IMG/VR virus record: IMGVR_UViG_3300025084_003228
Location: 1 to 37,266 of that record
Reading direction: 5' to 3' (one strand)
DNA: 37,266 bases
DNA from: a virus
Lineage: Duplodnaviria; Caudoviricetes
Part shown: one piece after another, positions 35,797-37,266 of the stretch
Layout of the letters: every line of letters starts with the position of its first letter
Numbering within the stretch: the stretch's first letter is position 1
Made by a program: the position numbers and the translations under genes
Notes under the pieces: generated by a model
Databases searched by the model: none
What the model was told of the DNA's origin: nothing
What the model saw: only the letters and a program-made list of their open reading frames with translations

Positions 35797-37237
35797 TTGG
35801 ATTACCACATAAATCAGTCTCCAATAGAGTTACCTCTTTCAAACTACCTCTAGTGACTGATACTGATGGGTATCCCCTATACTTATGTTTACTCTCACCG
35901 TCTTTAGTTATCCTAACAAAGGGAACATTACTGTGGGATCCATTTTCGTAATAATGTGAGTATGGTCCTGATCGTGATACTAAAGGTTTCATACTTAAAA
36001 TTATTTTATTGTCTTTTATTTTACCCTGATCGAATATCTCTTTAGCTTTGGCGGTGTCTATGGTAAATGTTTGTGTTCGCTTACCTCCTTTTTTCTTATC
36101 GGAAGTCCTACCAGGTAGAGTTGTTAATTTTTGGTGTAACGCCTTGACGGACTTATTTTTTTGATCCTTATCAAATTTGAACGGTTTACCAATAGCCCTT
36201 TTATATGTATTCATCTCATACTTTGGGATAGGGGACATCCCTTTACGGTCTTCGATCATTTTATTTAACATTTCTCTAGTAAAAATAGTTTCATCGTTGT
36301 AAGTTACCTTAAGTGGATTGTTCTTTCTATAAAATTGTTGCACGTAGGTTTTATATGAGGGTACATCACCTATAGCTGTTAAATCCCCTATTCGTTTACC
36401 ATCAAATACATACTCTTTATAAGAGGTTCCAGGGTTGGATTCTCTCCATTTAGCATATTTTCTACGTTCTGCACCTACCATCTTAGAGTACATTTTGTTA
36501 TTATGTTCTTGTATCTTTTTCTTAACATCAATCATAGGATCAGATAAAACTAAATCTTTTGTAAAACCATTTACATCGTACTTACCATTATTTAGATTTG
36601 CAATACCTAAGGATACTCCATTCATTTTCAATTCAAATAACGCTTCATCACAGACGTGACCCGATGAATTTATGAAACCTATTAAGACCTTTAAACCGAT
36701 TAGACATTCACTCTGACTTGATGCGGTTATTTTTAATCTAACAAATTGTTCTTGTGTATATTTTGGATCCTTTGGATCGTCTCCTTTATCTCTACTGTAA
36801 GGTGTGGAACCTACAATAGTTTTAGGTTTTGGAATTGATGGGTATGTAAATGAGACCCCCGCATTTTCTAATTTTTTAAAGAAATTATTTAAATAACCAA
36901 CCAATGACTCACCTCTCTTGGTAGAAAGGTACCCTGGTGGTACTTTTTTACGTCCCATCTCGTTATCGTAATTTGTAACTCTAGACTCACCCGCTTCAAC
37001 TTGAATAGTTAATTTAGTTTGAGGGTTTGCGTCTAAGAATTGTTGAATAACCTTCATTTGGTTATTTAGGTTTTGGACCTGTTTAGATGTAATCTTATAC
37101 ATACCAGAATTCCACACTGATTTAAAATCAACTGTCTCCGTTTTTGTTATGGGATTAAACCCAACGGATTGTTCATTAATTGTTTTATAGTCACTAATTA
37201 ATTTTTTAACCTGACTTTCAGAAAGATGTATTTTCAT
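35777..37237 (-). CDS. Basic hypothetical protein with OmpA-C-like segment, putative virion-internal
   Basis: N-terminal MKIHLSESQVKKLI...INEQ; 'TIQVEAGESRV...LSTKRGESLVGYL...QFVRLKI'. Confidence 0.5.
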   Translation of the reverse strand: MKIHLSESQVKKLISDYKTINEQSVGFNPITKTETVDFKSVWNSGMYKITSKQVQNLNNQMKVIQQFLDANPQTKLTIQVEAGESRVTNYDNEMGRKKVPPGYLSTKRGESLVGYLNNFFKKLENAGVSFTYPSIPKPKTIVGSTPYSRDKGDDPKDPKYTQEQFVRLKITASSQSECLIGLKVLIGFINSSGHVCDEALFELKMNGVSLGIANLNNGKYDVNGFTKDLVLSDPMIDVKKKIQEHNNKMYSKMVGAERRKYAKWRESNPGTSYKEYVFDGKRIGDLTAIGDVPSYKTYVQQFYRKNNPLKVTYNDETIFTREMLNKMIEDRKGMSPIPKYEMNTYKRAIGKPFKFDKDQKNKSVKALHQKLTTLPGRTSDKKKGGKRTQTFTIDTAKAKEIFDQGKIKDNKIILSMKPLVSRSGPYSHYYENGSHSNVPFVRITKDGESKHKYRGYPSVSVTRGSLKEVTLLETDLCGNPITAKNQ

Positions 37238-37266
37238 AATATTACGATATTACTATAAATATCATA

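Noticed and set aside
426-36659. Antisense and nested short ORFs in the track (e.g. 426..653, 1573..1848, 11771..12103, 24080..24445, 27141..27434, 33361..33642, 36435..36659)
   Set aside because: They overlap better-supported genes and have no recognisable motifs, so they are most likely shadow ORFs.
1-37266. Stop-codon reassignment or selenocysteine read-through
   Set aside because: Recognisable genes (thyA, rmlC, iscA, glycosyltransferases) are full length in the standard code, and TAA, TAG and TGA all end genes at sensible boundaries.

Overview
An AT-rich, densely coding segment (standard genetic code) of what is most likely a large tailed phage infecting Bacteroidota (Flavobacteria-like). 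The host call rests on TTG-N19-TAnnTTTG promoters, A-rich translation starts with few Shine-Dalgarno sites, and Bacteroidota-style genes. From left to right: (1) the 3' end of a repetitive tail-fibre gene. (2) A co-oriented module of three paralogous putative virion/beta-propeller proteins sharing a C-terminal SSGHC(G/A)WR motif, a helical protein, a tail-fibre-assembly-like protein, a radical SAM/SPASM enzyme, a U32-family Fe-S protein, a class I methyltransferase, a TonB-dependent receptor and a transporter. (3) A minus-strand glycosyltransferase/epimerase cluster. (4) Auxiliary genes: DNA methyltransferase, DUF192, flavodoxin-fold oxidoreductase, GNAT, thyA, HotDog thioesterase, chorismate mutase, PcfJ-like, IscA/HesB. 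(5) Cys-rich small ORFs followed by a 681-aa fusion of a circularly permuted ATP-grasp, a degenerate Hint domain and a 10-Cys C-terminal peptide. (6) rmlC, putative internal head proteins and small early genes. The two best candidates for undescribed systems are the ATP-grasp/Hint/Cys-peptide fusion and the tail-protein-linked rSAM/U32/methyltransferase module, which may be supplied by the phage chorismate mutase and IscA. All family calls are by motif recognition by eye; no searches were run. I saw no tRNA, rRNA, CRISPR array or transposase.
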